DNA of 64,000 nt from Amoebidium appalachense (lineage: Eukaryota; Protista; Ichthyosporea): assembly GCA_963693365.1 (NCBI GenBank), contig CAVNZM010000008.1, forward strand, positions 124,001 to 188,000. Reading direction: 5' to 3'. Numbering within the stretch: the stretch's first letter is position 1; the number at the start of each line of letters is the position of its first letter. Positions 1 to 27,371 of the stretch are shown here, in pieces. The translations under genes were made by a program, and so were the position numbers. Below the pieces are notes generated by a model that searched no databases, had not been told where the DNA came from, and worked only from the letters and a program-made list of their open reading frames with translations.

Positions 1-916
1 ACGCACGCTGCAGCAGGCCAGTGGGCCCAGTCACGTGCTGGCCCTGGCCACGGCCAATGCCCACCTGCTGGGGCCCGGCCACCGGGCCACGTGTCTGGGG
101 GTGCTGGCCGGCATGGCTGCACGGGGCCACACGGGCTGCTTGGGCCACCCGGCCTTCCACCGGCTGGTGGCCATGGCCAGGCCTCGTCTGATGACGCCAC
201 GAGAGGTTGCGGAGGCGGCACGGGCATTGGGGGCACTGGGGGTTACGGACACAGGGGTGGTGGCCCAGTACTGTTACCAGGTGTGTGTGTGTGTGTGTGT
301 GTGCGTGCATGTGTGTGTGTGTGTGTGTGTGTGTGCGTGCATGCGTACGTGCGTACTTGCTTCTGTGCGTTCTTGGGTGTGTGCTTGCGTGCGTGTGTGG
401 GCGCATGGCCGGATGTCTGTATCTTCATCTGTTTCTTCTTTGGGTGTGTGTGGGTGAGCGGGCTAGTGGACCAGTGGGCCGGCAGGCAAGAGGGCGCAAA
501 GGCACACTTTGTCTTGCACACTCTCTCTGCGTGTGTTAACGAATAAATGTTCAAAACTAAATTTCCTCATATACCATATATGGTATATGGGACTATTGGT
601 CCGTTATATCCCCACCAATCAAATTGAGTGCGGCCAAGAACCATGCATGTGCATAACGGCAGATCGTAATCCCCCATACTCCCTAACTCCCGATACTCAG
701 TGGGGGCCGATAATCCTACATATGAAATGTGATCAATTACATAGTGAAATTTCAAAATGAACCCTTTCTCTTTAAGGGGGGCAGGAGGGAGGGGGAGGGG
801 GGGGGGGGGGGGGCATACACGTGCATTTGTGTATGTATGCATGTATTCGTGCTGAAAGGCAGTTGCGTGGATGCGTGAATACATGCTTGTGGGTGCTAGC
901 ATGCCCGCCTGTATTC

Positions 917-961
<45 letters not shown>

Positions 962-1735
962 TTTTTTTTTTGCCTCGTATATGTTGTGGGCATGTGTTTG
1001 ATGTGTGCATGCATGCGCATGTTGCTTGGGTACTTCTGCTGCAGATGTGTATATGTGTGTATGCGTCCGGGAGGGAAGGGGGGGGGAGGGGGGGGGGGAC
1101 TGTTTGGGTATTGCTAGCAGTGTGTGAGTGTGTGTTTTGTGTGGTAGTATATGTGTGGGTGTGTCGTGAGGGTTGTAGGGAGGGGGGAGGAAAGGGACGT
1201 AAGGTGGGAAATGCAATGTAGTGCTGGTTAGTTGCCAATATGTGAATTGGTCTCGCTCTCTATCTCCCTCCCCCTCTCTCTCTCCCCCCCCTCCCCCCCC
1301 CTCCCCCTCTCTGTCTCTCTCTTCCTTCCTCCCTCTTCGCGTCTTTAAACCTCTCCCTCTCCGCGTCTGTGACCCTCTCCCTCTCTATCTCGCGCTCCCC
1401 TCTCCCCTCCCCCCCCCCCCCTCCCCCCCCCCCCCCCCCCACACGCACACATTCTCTCTCTCTCTTTCCTCCCTCTCTCCCTCCCATTCTCTCTCTCAAT
1501 TTCTCTCACTCCCTTCCTCCCCCCCCCCACCCCCCCCCCCCCCCCCCCCCCCCTCCCCTCCCCCTTTCTCTCTTTACTGCCCTATTCCTCCCACTCCCCA
1601 TCTCTCACTCCCGGGCCCTACCGTTGTTTCACTCGGCTCACTCCCTCTCCTGCTCGTTTCTTCTCCCTCTCTTGCCCTGGCCCCTTTTCGCTTTTCCTGA
1701 TAACTTCTTCCCCTCCTACCCCTCTTTCTCTCTCT

Positions 1736-1766
<31 letters not shown>

Positions 1767-1804
1767 TCCATTAATCTCTGGCTCCTTTCTCTCTCCCCCC
1801 CCCC

Positions 1805-1839
<35 letters not shown>

Positions 1840-4069
1840 TTTCTCCTCTCTCTTTCGTTGAATGAAGGCGGGAGAGGTCTAAAGTACCGGTTAGTTGGGG
1901 AATTTTTTTTGAAGTTTGCGCAGTGGGTGCTAGAGGATTTTTGTTTTTTTCCTTGTGTCAACCCGCCTCCCCCCCCCCCCCCCCCCCCCCCCCATGGAAT
2001 TTTTTTTTTTTTTTGTGGGGGGGGGGGGGGGGGGGGGGGAATGGGTGAGAAGTTCAATGTGAACGTTTAAGTGTCTGCATAAGTAGTGATGTCACTGCTC
2101 CTTGGCCGATCTTTTATTGGGGTTTTGCTTCAGGGGGCATTGAGGGCGGGAGGGTGGCTTTAAACTGCACGGAGAGAACTTGGGTGCTAATTGGTAGACG
2201 TGAGGTAAGAGCCTCGTGAGCAATCAAGGAGTGGGTGGGCTGTGTGCTTGTTGCTGCCTGTGTGCCTGTGGGAGGGTGGCACGTGCTAGGGCAGAGAAGC
2301 AATACCAGGCCTGGGTGCTCACGTGTGCTCACAGCTGCAGGTTCGGGCACCAACTCTGACGGCCGGGGAGACCACTGCGGGCCTGCGGGCGCTGCACGTG
2401 TGGGCCATGCAGCCAGCAGCACCCCCCCAGCTGTCTGCGGCAGTGGATGCCCTGCTTGGCCGGGCCACCGTGCTGCTGCCCTCCCTGCCCCCCCCTGCCC
2501 TGCTGCCCCTGGCCAGTGCCCTGCTGGCCTGTGCCAGTCTAAGCCAACATGCCAGCACCCTGGGCCAGGCCTTACATGCAGCCGTAGCCCGGCATGCCCA
2601 GAGTCTGAGGGTGGATGCTGTGGTTGGCCTGCTGAGGGCGCTTCAGCGGTGGCCCGTCAGCGGCACCACCCAGCTGCAGGGGTGGCTGGCCGAGCTGCTG
2701 GGCAGCATGGTGGGGCCAGCAACCGTGGCCACGGCCTGTGTTGGCCTGCAGGCAGTGGGCCCGGCCCAGCAGCAGCACGTGCTCGGCGCCATAGCTAGGG
2801 CCGTGCAGGCAGACCCGTCGGCACTGGGCCCCAGGGACCTGAGGGTGGTGGCCGGGGCACTGCAGACGCACCAGTGGGTGGACCCTCACTGCTGGCATGC
2901 ACTCCGCAGGAGGGCCCGGCAGCTGGTGGCGGCTGGACAGGCCACACAGCCGGCAGATGAGAGACAACAGCCGGCACACGGTGGGGCAACCATACCCTCC
3001 ACAGGCACAAAGCCCATGCCCGGTGTGCTGGAGCTGCTACCGGCATGGCCACTTGACCAGCAGGCACGAGAGGCCGCCACCTTGGCTCTGCTGCAGGGCA
3101 CCACCCTCACGTCCCTGCCTGCCCAGACATTAGCTGGCCTGGCTGTGGCACTGCTGACAGACCGGCCACTGCCGCGCAACACAACCCCCCTGGTGCGGGC
3201 CATGGCCCATGCGGCAGCAGCACGCGGCCGAAGGGCAGGAGATGAGGGTGCAGCCCTGCAGCTGCTGCACGTCGCCACACGGCTGGCCGTCAGAGGGCCC
3301 CCCGTGGATGAGCTGATGGGGCGCCTCCTGAACCACGGAAGAACTCAGGGCAAGGTGCGGCGGCTGATTGGCCAGGCCAGCCCCGGCCAGCTGCAGCTGT
3401 GGGTTGAGATGGCCGTGAGGCACAAGCCCACAGCAGGGTGGGGCCCAGGCCCGGTGCAGTGGGCCAGGGCCCTGGATGCAGGGCCAGGCCACTGGTACTA
3501 TGGCCGCCTGGGGGGGCTGCTGGGTGCCCTGGAGGACCAGGTTGCACGGCAGGCTGCACACATGGACCCCCCCATGCTTGTTGATATTGCAAAGGTGCTG
3601 GCGTCCCACCACAGCCACTGGCTGGCCTGCCACCCGCACTACCGGGCCATGGGCATGCACCCCCCCGTGCCCCCCCCGGGCCACCACGTCGTGCTGCTTC
3701 AATGCCATGGCCCGGGCCCTGCTTGCTGCGAGGCTCATGGACCCCCCCATCCTGGCCAGTGTAATTTGGGCCTGGGGGCCACAAGTGGCAGAGGACGGGG
3801 GGCGGCTTGGGGCCAGCAAATGCAACGACACGCAACGATTGGTGGAGGCAGCAATCCGGGGGCTGCAATTGGCCAGCAGCAAGGACAGCCTGGCGGGGCC
3901 ATTTGAATGGCTAGTGCTGATTGGCCAGGGACTGAGGGGGGTAACCGGAGCCGAGCAGGTCCGTGAACGAATACGACGGGAGGGCCAAGAGAGACGGGGG
4001 CAGGCCACCCGGGCACAGTGGAAGGCACTGGTAAAGGCCACCCACCCGACCGTGCAGGGGGGGGCCTAG
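1..4069 (+). CDS. 3' part of an Ala/Leu-rich alpha-helical repeat-like protein (possibly FASTK/OPR-like RNA-binding protein); exons <1-280 and 2335-4069
   Basis: Exon ends CAG|GTGTGT at 280. Acceptor ctcacag|CTG at 2335 is in phase with ORF 2323-3906. One extra C in the run at ~3670-3677 links to ORF 3476-4069 (..RATTSCCFNAMARALLAARLMDPP..GGA*). GC-rich codons as in the other genes. The family guess rests only on helical motifs such as MTPREVAEAARALGAL and MDPPMLVDIAKVLA. Confidence 0.65.
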
Positions 4070-4361
4070 CACTGAGTGCACCCACCACCAGTGAGACCAC
4101 ACATGTCACACCCACATACTGCATATGCACGCACCAACACACAATCACGTATCCAAACATAGGAAGGCACGACAAGTCTATTTTTGAAGTGTGCGCGTAT
4201 GTGCCTGCACTGTGTGCTGGCTGAATGCATTTATTTTACAGTTTGTATGTGCACGGTGGCTCAGCCACTAGCGAGTAAATGCCCCTGCGGGTCAGGCGTG
4301 CTGTATGTGATTGGCCGGACTGGCCGATAAACTTGCATTCGATTGGTTGTGTGTCAGTCAT

Positions 4362-17881
<13,520 letters not shown>

Positions 17882-18469
17882 GGTGCCGGCAGGGGGACTG
17901 CAAGAGCAGCAAAGACCGCCCAAAGATACTACTAGTAGGACTTGGGCCTCTACCTTGCCTATTCTCTTCTCTCCTTCTTGGCAACCAATTCCCGCCTATG
18001 TCGATATCCCCTCCCGCTGAACTTGACGAGAGTCTGCGCAGACCGCGGAACGTCGGAGAAAGAAGCCCTGTCAAAGCCTCTGTCTGTCTGTGCTAGCGCT
18101 ATACACGAGTTCGCAATGAGCTGAAGTTTTATCGTTTGCTTCGCTCCAAATCCAAGGACTGAGAAAGGGTACGGTCTGCGGGATCGCCGGGTTTTTGTAG
18201 TTCACATCTATATAAAGTGCAAACTTTCAATAGAGAACGGGCTTTGGTCTTTTAACAAATGCTCTTGGGACAAAAGCGACTTGCATTATTTGTATAAGCA
18301 ACATGGGATGTGTTTGTCGCTTTTTTTGTGGTCAAAACAAGTAAAAACGCTAATATTGACATATAGGGTGGATCCATACTGTGTTTTCCCTTTCTGCTGT
18401 CTGTTATGGCTGTGTGTTTCGCACTCTATGTGCATTCTAACCCCCCCCCCCCCCCCCCCTCCCCCTTAG

Positions 18470-21259
18470 CCCCCGTTCTTGCCGACTGAGACGTTTACGA
18501 AGCACACACATTCCTGTGCCGAAGTCATACAGGCACGAGCATGCGCATGAGCATAGACGGGTGTACCCACCCACATGATAAATATAGACACACGCGCAGA
18601 AACACGTACTTGCTATGAGCCCCATGCTGCCATGCACGCCAGGCTGGGCAGGCCCCTGCACATACCATCAGACGCTGCAGGGGATTTGATGATTCCCTGC
18701 AGCTGCTGATGGCATTGAGCGCACAGGTTGGCCTCCCACCACACACTCGTGCTTGATTATACACCGTCTAGCCACACAGCCCTACTCTGTCTTCCTCGCT
18801 CAGCACAGGGACACATTTAGTGACACATCCACACACACACTTGCATAATGACACACAGACACACAGACACACAGATACACATATACCCACTCTTTCGCTG
18901 ATTTGGTCGCTCACGCACCCTCTCTTTCTTTCTCCCTCTCACTCTCTTACACCCTCTGCCTCGCTCTCACCTCACACTTCGCACTCACCCTCACAATACG
19001 TGGACGCATGCACCAACACACATACACACACACACAGGAATACCCCCCACTTGGGCCCTCCCTGAGGATGGGCTCTGCTTATGACGCATACTGTGCGCAT
19101 GGCTGATGTTGCATACTTGAATGTTTGCCTTTGCATGTGTCCTTCGTGTATGCGTACTTCGTACCGTGTTCCGCATTCAACCCCCCTCCCCCCCCCCCCT
19201 CCCCCCCCCCCCCCCCCCCACCACCACCACTGTGTGGAGACCGCCTTACTTCCATGCAACCGGGCATGGTTGCTCTGTGTCGTGCATCTGTAAGCACACA
19301 CGCATTTTTCGCTGCACTGCATTAAATTGCACACACATATTCACCGTTTTGCTCACCTTGCTTGCATAAGCAACCCTGCTCGTCTTTATTCAAGACGGGT
19401 TGACCCTCGTTGATGCTGCTGTCTGAGTTGGAGAGTTGTATATACGCGGGCTAAGGGGTCGAAACTCAGACGCAATTGATGACTTGGGCCCTCCCTGAGG
19501 ATGGGCTCTGCTTATGGCGCATACTGCGCGCATGGCTATGTTGCATACTTGAATGTTTGCCTTTGCATGTGTCCTTCGTGTATGCGTACTTCGTACCGTG
19601 TTCCGCATTCAAAACCTCCCCCCCCCCCCTCCCCCGGCCCCGAGCCGAAACCCATTCTTTTGGGAGGCATAGGAACCCCCCTGATAAGGGGCTCTGTATA
19701 ATATTACCTTCCGCATGCACGTTTCCTATTTGTCCCATTTCATATATATGTTTTGCTTTGTTTTTGTTTTTTGTTTTTGTTTTTTTTTTTGTTTTTTTTT
19801 TAGGTCCTTTGAAGCCTCCTCCATATTTCCAACCCTCTAATGCACACAACCCCCCCCCCCTCCCCCCTCCCCCCCTTTTTTTCCTCTAACACACACGTAG
19901 AGGGACAGGGGGCGGGAAGGGAGAAAGTGGGCGAGGAATAGGGGAAAGGAGGCTGAGGGTGAAGGAGATTGTGGGGGGAGGAGAGGAGGGCATGGACAAA
20001 TCTGCACTGTAGAGCTACTGCCATGTGCATGCATGACATGTAGCAACTTAGACGAACACAGGGACACACACATTCCGTCCCATGGCCAGGCGTTGGTTAC
20101 TGTTTCTGACATGGGTGTGCAGGGAACTGACCGACCTGGCCAAACTGCTCTTCGACCTCTGGGCCTCTACGACCCCATCAATTCCCATGTAAGTGCTCCC
20201 TTGGGGGTCTGGCTGGCTTTCTGGAACACTGCACCCACTCGTCGGCATCCTACCATGGCTGGGTGCACTAACCCGTTAGCTGCCCACATGGTGGGAAGAA
20301 AACATCATGTTTCCAATTGATTGCTTTATCTTGCTTTATCAGGAATTTTGGGTGGTTGGGTGTTTTTTTGGTGTGTATGTTGGGGGGGGGGGGGGGGGGG
20401 GGGGGTTATGTTGGACTGGTTTTGTCTGCGCCATGGGTGGGTGGGGGGGGGGGGGGGGGTGCGTTCGCGCGCGCATGCGTGCGTGCGTGCATACTCGTGC
20501 GTCTCTTCTTGTCGATGGTGATCGTTGGGGGGGGGGGGGGGGGGAGGGAAGGTTGGGGAGGCAGGAAGAGGGGCTGTTATTTTGATTGCCTTTTGTGCTA
20601 AGGATGGTGTGTGTGGTGTTTGCCACCCACTCTTCGTGTGTACCTAGAAGGTCCCGCTGCATGGTGGGCTTGGCTCCCATTGCAAAGTTCACGTCACTGC
20701 CATCAATGTCCCCCCCCCCCCCCCCCCTTCACCCTGACACACGCACACACACACACAGAGGTGCACACACTCACAAGCACTGACACTGACACACGAGCAT
20801 CACGCTTGCTTTGCATGCAGGCACATCCAGCGAAGAACACAATCCGGCACAGATGTACATGGCCATGGCATAGCACATGCCCAATCCACATGCACACACC
20901 TGTGCAGGCATGCATGCATTTGCGCACGTGCACCCACACACACAACATACTGCATAAGTTTGCACGCTCTTGCACCGCTCACACATTAGACACACACTAC
21001 ACACACGAAGGCATGCACGCCGGGCTGTGTAGGCATTTGTGAATGCAAACACAAACATGCACACCGGACACACATTGCACACACACACACGTGCACATGC
21101 ACACATGCACCACACATGCATGCCCTCAAATTATAGTATATGCCAGGCTGAAGGATATGCACAATCTTAGCGTACAGACTACATCACCATTTTTAGCTCC
21201 CTGGTCTCCGGCCCTGTACCTTTGGTTTCTACACACACCTTACCTCTGAAGCCCCCCCT

Positions 21260-21324
<65 letters not shown>

Positions 21325-21863
21325 AACGCACGCACACACACACACACACAAGCGCAAAATTATACTACCACCATCCGCCCACATGCGCATGATACTAACT
21401 ACCCCACTACTGCAACGAGGCCCTGGGAGTTGATAACCATTACACTTCTCCCACGTGTTTGATCCATGCTGTGTTATTTGCTGTCTGTGTGCCCTATTTC
21501 TGATCATATCTGTTGCAGGGCTAAGAGTTCAACAGCCAGTTCAAGTGCCCCACCATGGCCAGGACGCTGGCCTTGTACCGGCAGCCATGCGACGAGGATG
21601 AGATGTCTCCTATCGTGGCTGCAGTGATTGACTACAACAGCCTGTGCATCGACATGCCCGATGCAGAGTACCAGCTGCTACGTGCCCACCACGTCAACTT
21701 CTCCCTCCTGCTGCAGACTTACGTCTACCTGCAGCAGGTTGTGCAGAAGATGTGCAACGCCCCACTTGGCTCGGCCCTGGGCGGCACCCTCGGGGCCCTG
21801 CAGACAGAGCTCACCAAGTACGTTGAGGTCCTGCGCAGGCACACCAAGCTTAAGATCTGGTAG
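18470..21863 (+). CDS. Unknown protein gene divergent from CDC5L; 3' exons 20123-20188 and 21536-21863 well supported, upstream exons (~18470-18726) tentative
   Basis: ELTDLAKLLFDLWASTTPSIP(AT|GTAAGT) joins in phase to caacag|C CAG TTC AAG TGC CCC ACC ATG and ORF 21555-21863 (MARTLALYRQ..KLKIW*), with host-like codon usage. Candidate exon APAHTIRRCRGFDDSLQLLMALSAQ|GT at ~18652-18726. No family recognised. Confidence 0.55.
19049..19612. repeat. Two ~130-bp direct repeats (19049-19180, 19482-19612), each followed by a C tract
   Basis: acttgggccctccctgaggatgggctctgcttatg...cttcgtaccgtgttccgcattcaa is near-identical in both copies. Confidence 0.9.
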
Positions 21864-22379
21864 CCGTGCCAGTGTGCTGGTGGGGTGCATGTGTGCGGTG
21901 AGGGGTATCCACGTGGTTCAGGCATGCACCTTGGTTGTGTTTGGGTTCTCGCTAATTTCTTATCCGTTTATCAGGCTGTTGCTGAATGGCCACAAACTGT
22001 CGGTTATTTCGCGCTGACCATTTGAGCATTATCAATCAAAGCTCTTTGTCTCTGCACGTGTTGACAGTGCTCTCAATGTTGTCAATTTTATATCTGTTGT
22101 ATTGTGGATGTATACGAAGCTTTAAAAAGTAGTAGCCTCTTATTTGTATCACTTCAAATGTCAAAGACTAAATAGTACTTGTTCGATGATAAATTGTATG
22201 TTTTTGTATGGATACCACATATACTTCAGAAAAACAGTTGTCCCTTGTTTTAAAAAATAGTAGTTGTATGTTGTCATTTTGTGAATTTTTGTATGGATAC
22301 CACACATGTTTTTGAAAAACAGTTATCTGTTGTTGCTGGGCTTGGTTGTATTTTTTTTATCCATACGTGCGTGCGCGCG

Positions 22380-22459
<80 letters not shown>

Positions 22460-22465
22460 CACGCA

Positions 22466-22501
<36 letters not shown>

Positions 22502-22793
22502 AAAAAAAAAAAGAAAAAAAAACAGTACTCGTTGATTATTAAACCTCGTTGTATCTTTTTGTATGTATACATGTATACTTTGCAGAATGGGCGCCACTAT
22601 CCTGCTACTTCAGTATGATGTACCTTGTGCAAGTTGCGGAATAAACTGATTGATGATTACACCTTCATCTTGCATTCTCACCCGCCCGATGTAAGGAAGG
22701 CTGCCCGAGGCCGAGCATGGCTGCACTTCACGTGCACTTGCTCGGTTTTGGGGTTTGCTTTGGGCGTGATCTCATGTAGCCCTGCATATTGGT

Positions 22794-22938
<145 letters not shown>

Positions 22939-23659
22939 CTGGCGGGCGGACGGGGTGGGGGTAGGGGGGGGGGGCTGCTTCCACGGTCTGTGCACTCTGA
23001 GCCTCAATTGCAAACAGTCGCAGACAGCAGATAATCATTTTATCCAAACTTAAAGTGTCACAGTGATGCGAATGAGATATTTGCTGTAATTACAGAACTT
23101 TCTTGTACAGTACCGTACGTGTGTATCATCGGTGTATGCCACGACTGTGGTGTGTGTGCATGTGCAAAAGTGACCCTGTGCCTGTGTGACGCTGTGTGTG
23201 TATTGCATGTGCGTGTGTGTAGTGCATGTGCGTGTGCGTGTGCATGTGTGCGCGCGCGCCCGCGCGCACGTGTGTGTGTGTATCATGATGTGTACACTTG
23301 TGTATGTGGGTCGATGTGTGTGCGCGGTGTGTGGCGCAAACACTGAAATTCACACAAGCCAACGTTGAACACGAGATTTTTGACAAGTACATTTGGTAGT
23401 CCTTTTTAAAAAAAAAGAAAAACTAAATACCTTCCATTAGATTTCAACCCAAACCACAAACATTGTCGAATACTAAAAATACTATTAAAAAACAAAACAA
23501 TTTGATTTTTTTATACACATCATTGACTTCAGTTGGCTCTTAGCCCACCGGGCACACCTTTGAGATTCCACATGTATGGCTGGCCACTAGTCATACTAAT
23601 ATTAGCAACAGGATATATCATGCACGGCACAGCGGCCGCCCTCGCGCATACATACTGCC

Positions 23660-23690
<31 letters not shown>

Positions 23691-23725
23691 AAAAAAAAAA
23701 ACACGTGCCCACGCACGCACACACA

Positions 23726-23759
<34 letters not shown>

Positions 23760-23768
23760 GGCACCGTG

Positions 23769-23887
<119 letters not shown>

Positions 23888-24011
23888 GACACACACACAC
23901 ACACACACACACACTGACACACACACACACACACACACTGACACACACACACACACACACACACTGACACACACACACACACACACACTGACACACACAC
24001 ACACACACACT

Positions 24012-24052
<41 letters not shown>

Positions 24053-24759
24053 ACACATACACACACACAGCTCCCACGTGCACGTGCACCCCAATCCAAA
24101 AAAAAGGCATGCCACAGGACCGGGCAGGGGAAGGGGGAGGGTGGGGGGGGAGGGGAGGGGGAGGGGGGCTGTTCGTTATGGTAACCCCCCCCCCCCCCCC
24201 CCCCTTCTCCCCCCCCCCCCAAAAAAAAAAGAAAAAAAGAAAGAAAAAGAAAAGAGAAAAAAAGAAAAAAGAAAAAGAAAAAGAAAAAAGAAAGAGGAAA
24301 CAAAATCTATCTTCTCACATTCAATCTAGTACACAGTAACTGGACACGTGAACAGTGTTGCATCATGAGATGCACATGATCAACGATGGAAACGTCAGCC
24401 CTATTCCGCCTCCTTTTTTGGGCGCAGCACAAGCACCCGGGTTTGGTTCTGATGCTTGACCACAAACACTATTGCATCGTCAAACACATAGACGCTACTA
24501 CCAGAATGCCTCGCCATGCTACCAATATGCCTTGGAACACGAATGGTGTGGATGGTGGGCAGCGATTTTGAGAATGCCCATTCCGCCCACGGGATTGCAC
24601 CATGAAGGCAGGTGGTGAAAAAGATGTCACAGTGGCCTGCAACACACACACACATACACACACACACACACACGGACGCATGCTCATACATACACAAGCA
24701 CGCGCATGCACGCACACACACGCACGCACGCACGCACACGTGCAGGCCCGCGCACGCAC

Positions 24760-24814
<55 letters not shown>

Positions 24815-24832
24815 AGAGAGAGAGAGAGAAAG

Positions 24833-24867
<35 letters not shown>

Positions 24868-24891
24868 GACGTGCAGGCGCGTGCAAACACA

Positions 24892-24965
<74 letters not shown>

Positions 24966-26219
24966 ACTGTCACTACACAAAGGGGCCTGTACCCACCCAC
25001 AGACACATCGGCCCACCTACCGTGTTTAGTAGGCATGTGACCCATAGACATGTTGGCCCATAAGCACACCCATTTCGTGCACCGTGTCACCATACGCTGT
25101 GAAAAATTTACTTCATTTTCGGGGGGTGTTTTTTTTTTTTTTTTTTTTTTCTTGTGCTGGTACAAAGCTGTAATCAGGCTTGTCCTTGTTATTGCCACAG
25201 CACAAGTTCCCCTTGATGTTGTTTGTTCTTTTCTAACTTACCTCAGTTTATTCTTACCTCCCCCCCCCCCCCCCCTCCCCCCCCCCTCCCCCCCCCCTTT
25301 CCCTCTCCTCAGGAACATAAAATTTTTGATCCTTTTTCTTCAATAGCGACATAATTTATGACTCATTTTCTGCAACTAATTTTATCTTGACGATGTGTAC
25401 TATTTATATAGCCTCTATTTTCTCCTTCTTTATTTTTTTTCGCCCACCTTTGAGCAAGATTTTGTGTATGCTTCATCTTTTTTCTTGACTCCATATTTTT
25501 ACCCCCTCAAGCGCCTTTTCCCCCACCGAGCTGAACAATATTCCAATATGCCAATTGAAATTTTTCTGGGCTATGGTTTCATGCAGGAGTTTTATTTTGG
25601 ATCTATTGCAGGATGTGGTGATATATAAACGACGTATTTATACAGTGAATACGGTTGTTTTGCAAATCATGTATTGATTCGGTGAATACGACATGTTGAT
25701 TTAATGAATATAATCATGTATTGATTCGGTGCATACGAATTGCAGCTATGAAGTTATTCAGTACCTATACGTTGATTTACACATTCGCATATCAGAGTAT
25801 AGACATCGATTCAGCGAAACGTGCTGGTGAACATATTGTCTATGGAGTCAGTCACTGCACAAAGTTTTTATATATGCCCTATTGAGCCGTGAATATGAAT
25901 AGGAACATGAATTCTTAAGAATATGAACATGAATATGGTGGTTTGTACATGATGCAGTGGCATGCACTATACGTGCACAGGCTGGCCAACACCCACAGAG
26001 CATGCAAAGAGATTCGATGAAGGATGTGTGCTGACCGGTCACTTTGCACTCAGCAACTGTGCTTATTATTACCGAAGTCTCTCTTTCTCCAAATAGGTCA
26101 CAGAATGCAGTCCCCCCCCAGCCCCCCCCCCCCCCCCCCCCCCCCCAACTGACGTACACCAAAAAAAAAAAAAGAAAATAAAAAAGAAAAAAAAAATTTA
26201 CCACCACCACCTGGTCCCC

Positions 26220-26274
<55 letters not shown>

Positions 26275-27175
26275 ACACGCACACACACATCCAGGCACCC
26301 AACAATAATGCCCACACCCAAGAGCTCAGCCTGTTCATTGTGATGAATTCTTTGCAGGGACGTCGAGAAGCAGGGGGGAGGGGGGGGGGGGGGGGGAGGG
26401 GGGTCAAGGTTGAGACTGAATGGGTGGTGCCCCATGCTCTATAGCACAGCACGTGAGCTCATATTCCACACACCCACGCTGGGCTGCTCGACTCAACGGG
26501 GCTTTATTGTCTGTGTGCCCCATGCACACCATGGCAGGGGCACATCCACACTACATATGTATCCATGATCAGGCTATGGCACATATCAAATACGTACTTT
26601 CGCCAGAGCACATTTACATGCATTACACGGTCATCCGTCTGCCCTTGAGCTTGAAAAGGGTTCGCAGTTCCAAACAAAAAAAAAAGGGGGATGTGGCGAC
26701 ATCTGCTTAGTAAATACGGAAGATGAGCGCATGTATCCCCCCCCCCCTCCCTCCCCTCCTCCCCAACCCTCAAAAAATTATAAACATTAAAAAGCCTGGT
26801 ACAGCTAATATCCTGCCCCCCCCCCCCCCCCCCCCAAAAAAAAAAAAACGCACCCTTTCAAATCACCCTGCACTGAAACGTGTATATCTCCCACCCTCCC
26901 CCCCACCCACCCACCCTCCCCCCCCCCCCCCCCCCCTCCCCTCCTCTCTCTCTCTCTCTCCCCCCCCCCCCCCTCTCTCTCACTCGCTCGCTCCCTCGCT
27001 CCCCTCCACTCTCTTATCTCTTTCTGTCTCTCTCTCTCTTGTCTCTCTGTCTCTCTCGCTCGCTCCCTCCCCCCCCCTCCCCCCACTCACTCACTCACTC
27101 ACTCACACACACACTCTCTCTCCCTCTCTCTCTCTCCCCCCACCCCCCCTCTTGCTCGCTCGCTCGCTCACTCGC

Positions 27176-27208
<33 letters not shown>

Positions 27209-27371
27209 TCCCTCCCCTCACTCCTCCTCTTAACCAGGCGGGTTCCTGCTCCCACAATTTCTAATCGTGCCTGTGCTTTAATGATTTCTGTACTCCGGTA
27301 TGGACTTGCATGCAAGTGCTTACTTTTAATTCTAACTATCTAAAACAGTGACCTATTGTCGTCCGACTCAC

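Noticed and set aside
772-2070. Pro/Gly-rich and (HT)n/(CV)n ORFs here and throughout the ORF track (e.g. 27828-28973)
   Set aside because: They are translations of poly-C/G and (CA)n tracts inside introns or intergenic DNA.
3130-4041. Long antisense ORFs (also 34286-35443)
   Set aside because: Shadow ORFs of GC-rich sense coding sequence.
19495-19670. Possible hammerhead ribozyme (CTGAGGA-T-GGGCTC ... GAGCC-GAAAC-CCA..TGGG)
   Set aside because: Loop II would be ~135 nt, and stem III is not followed by the required UH cleavage site.
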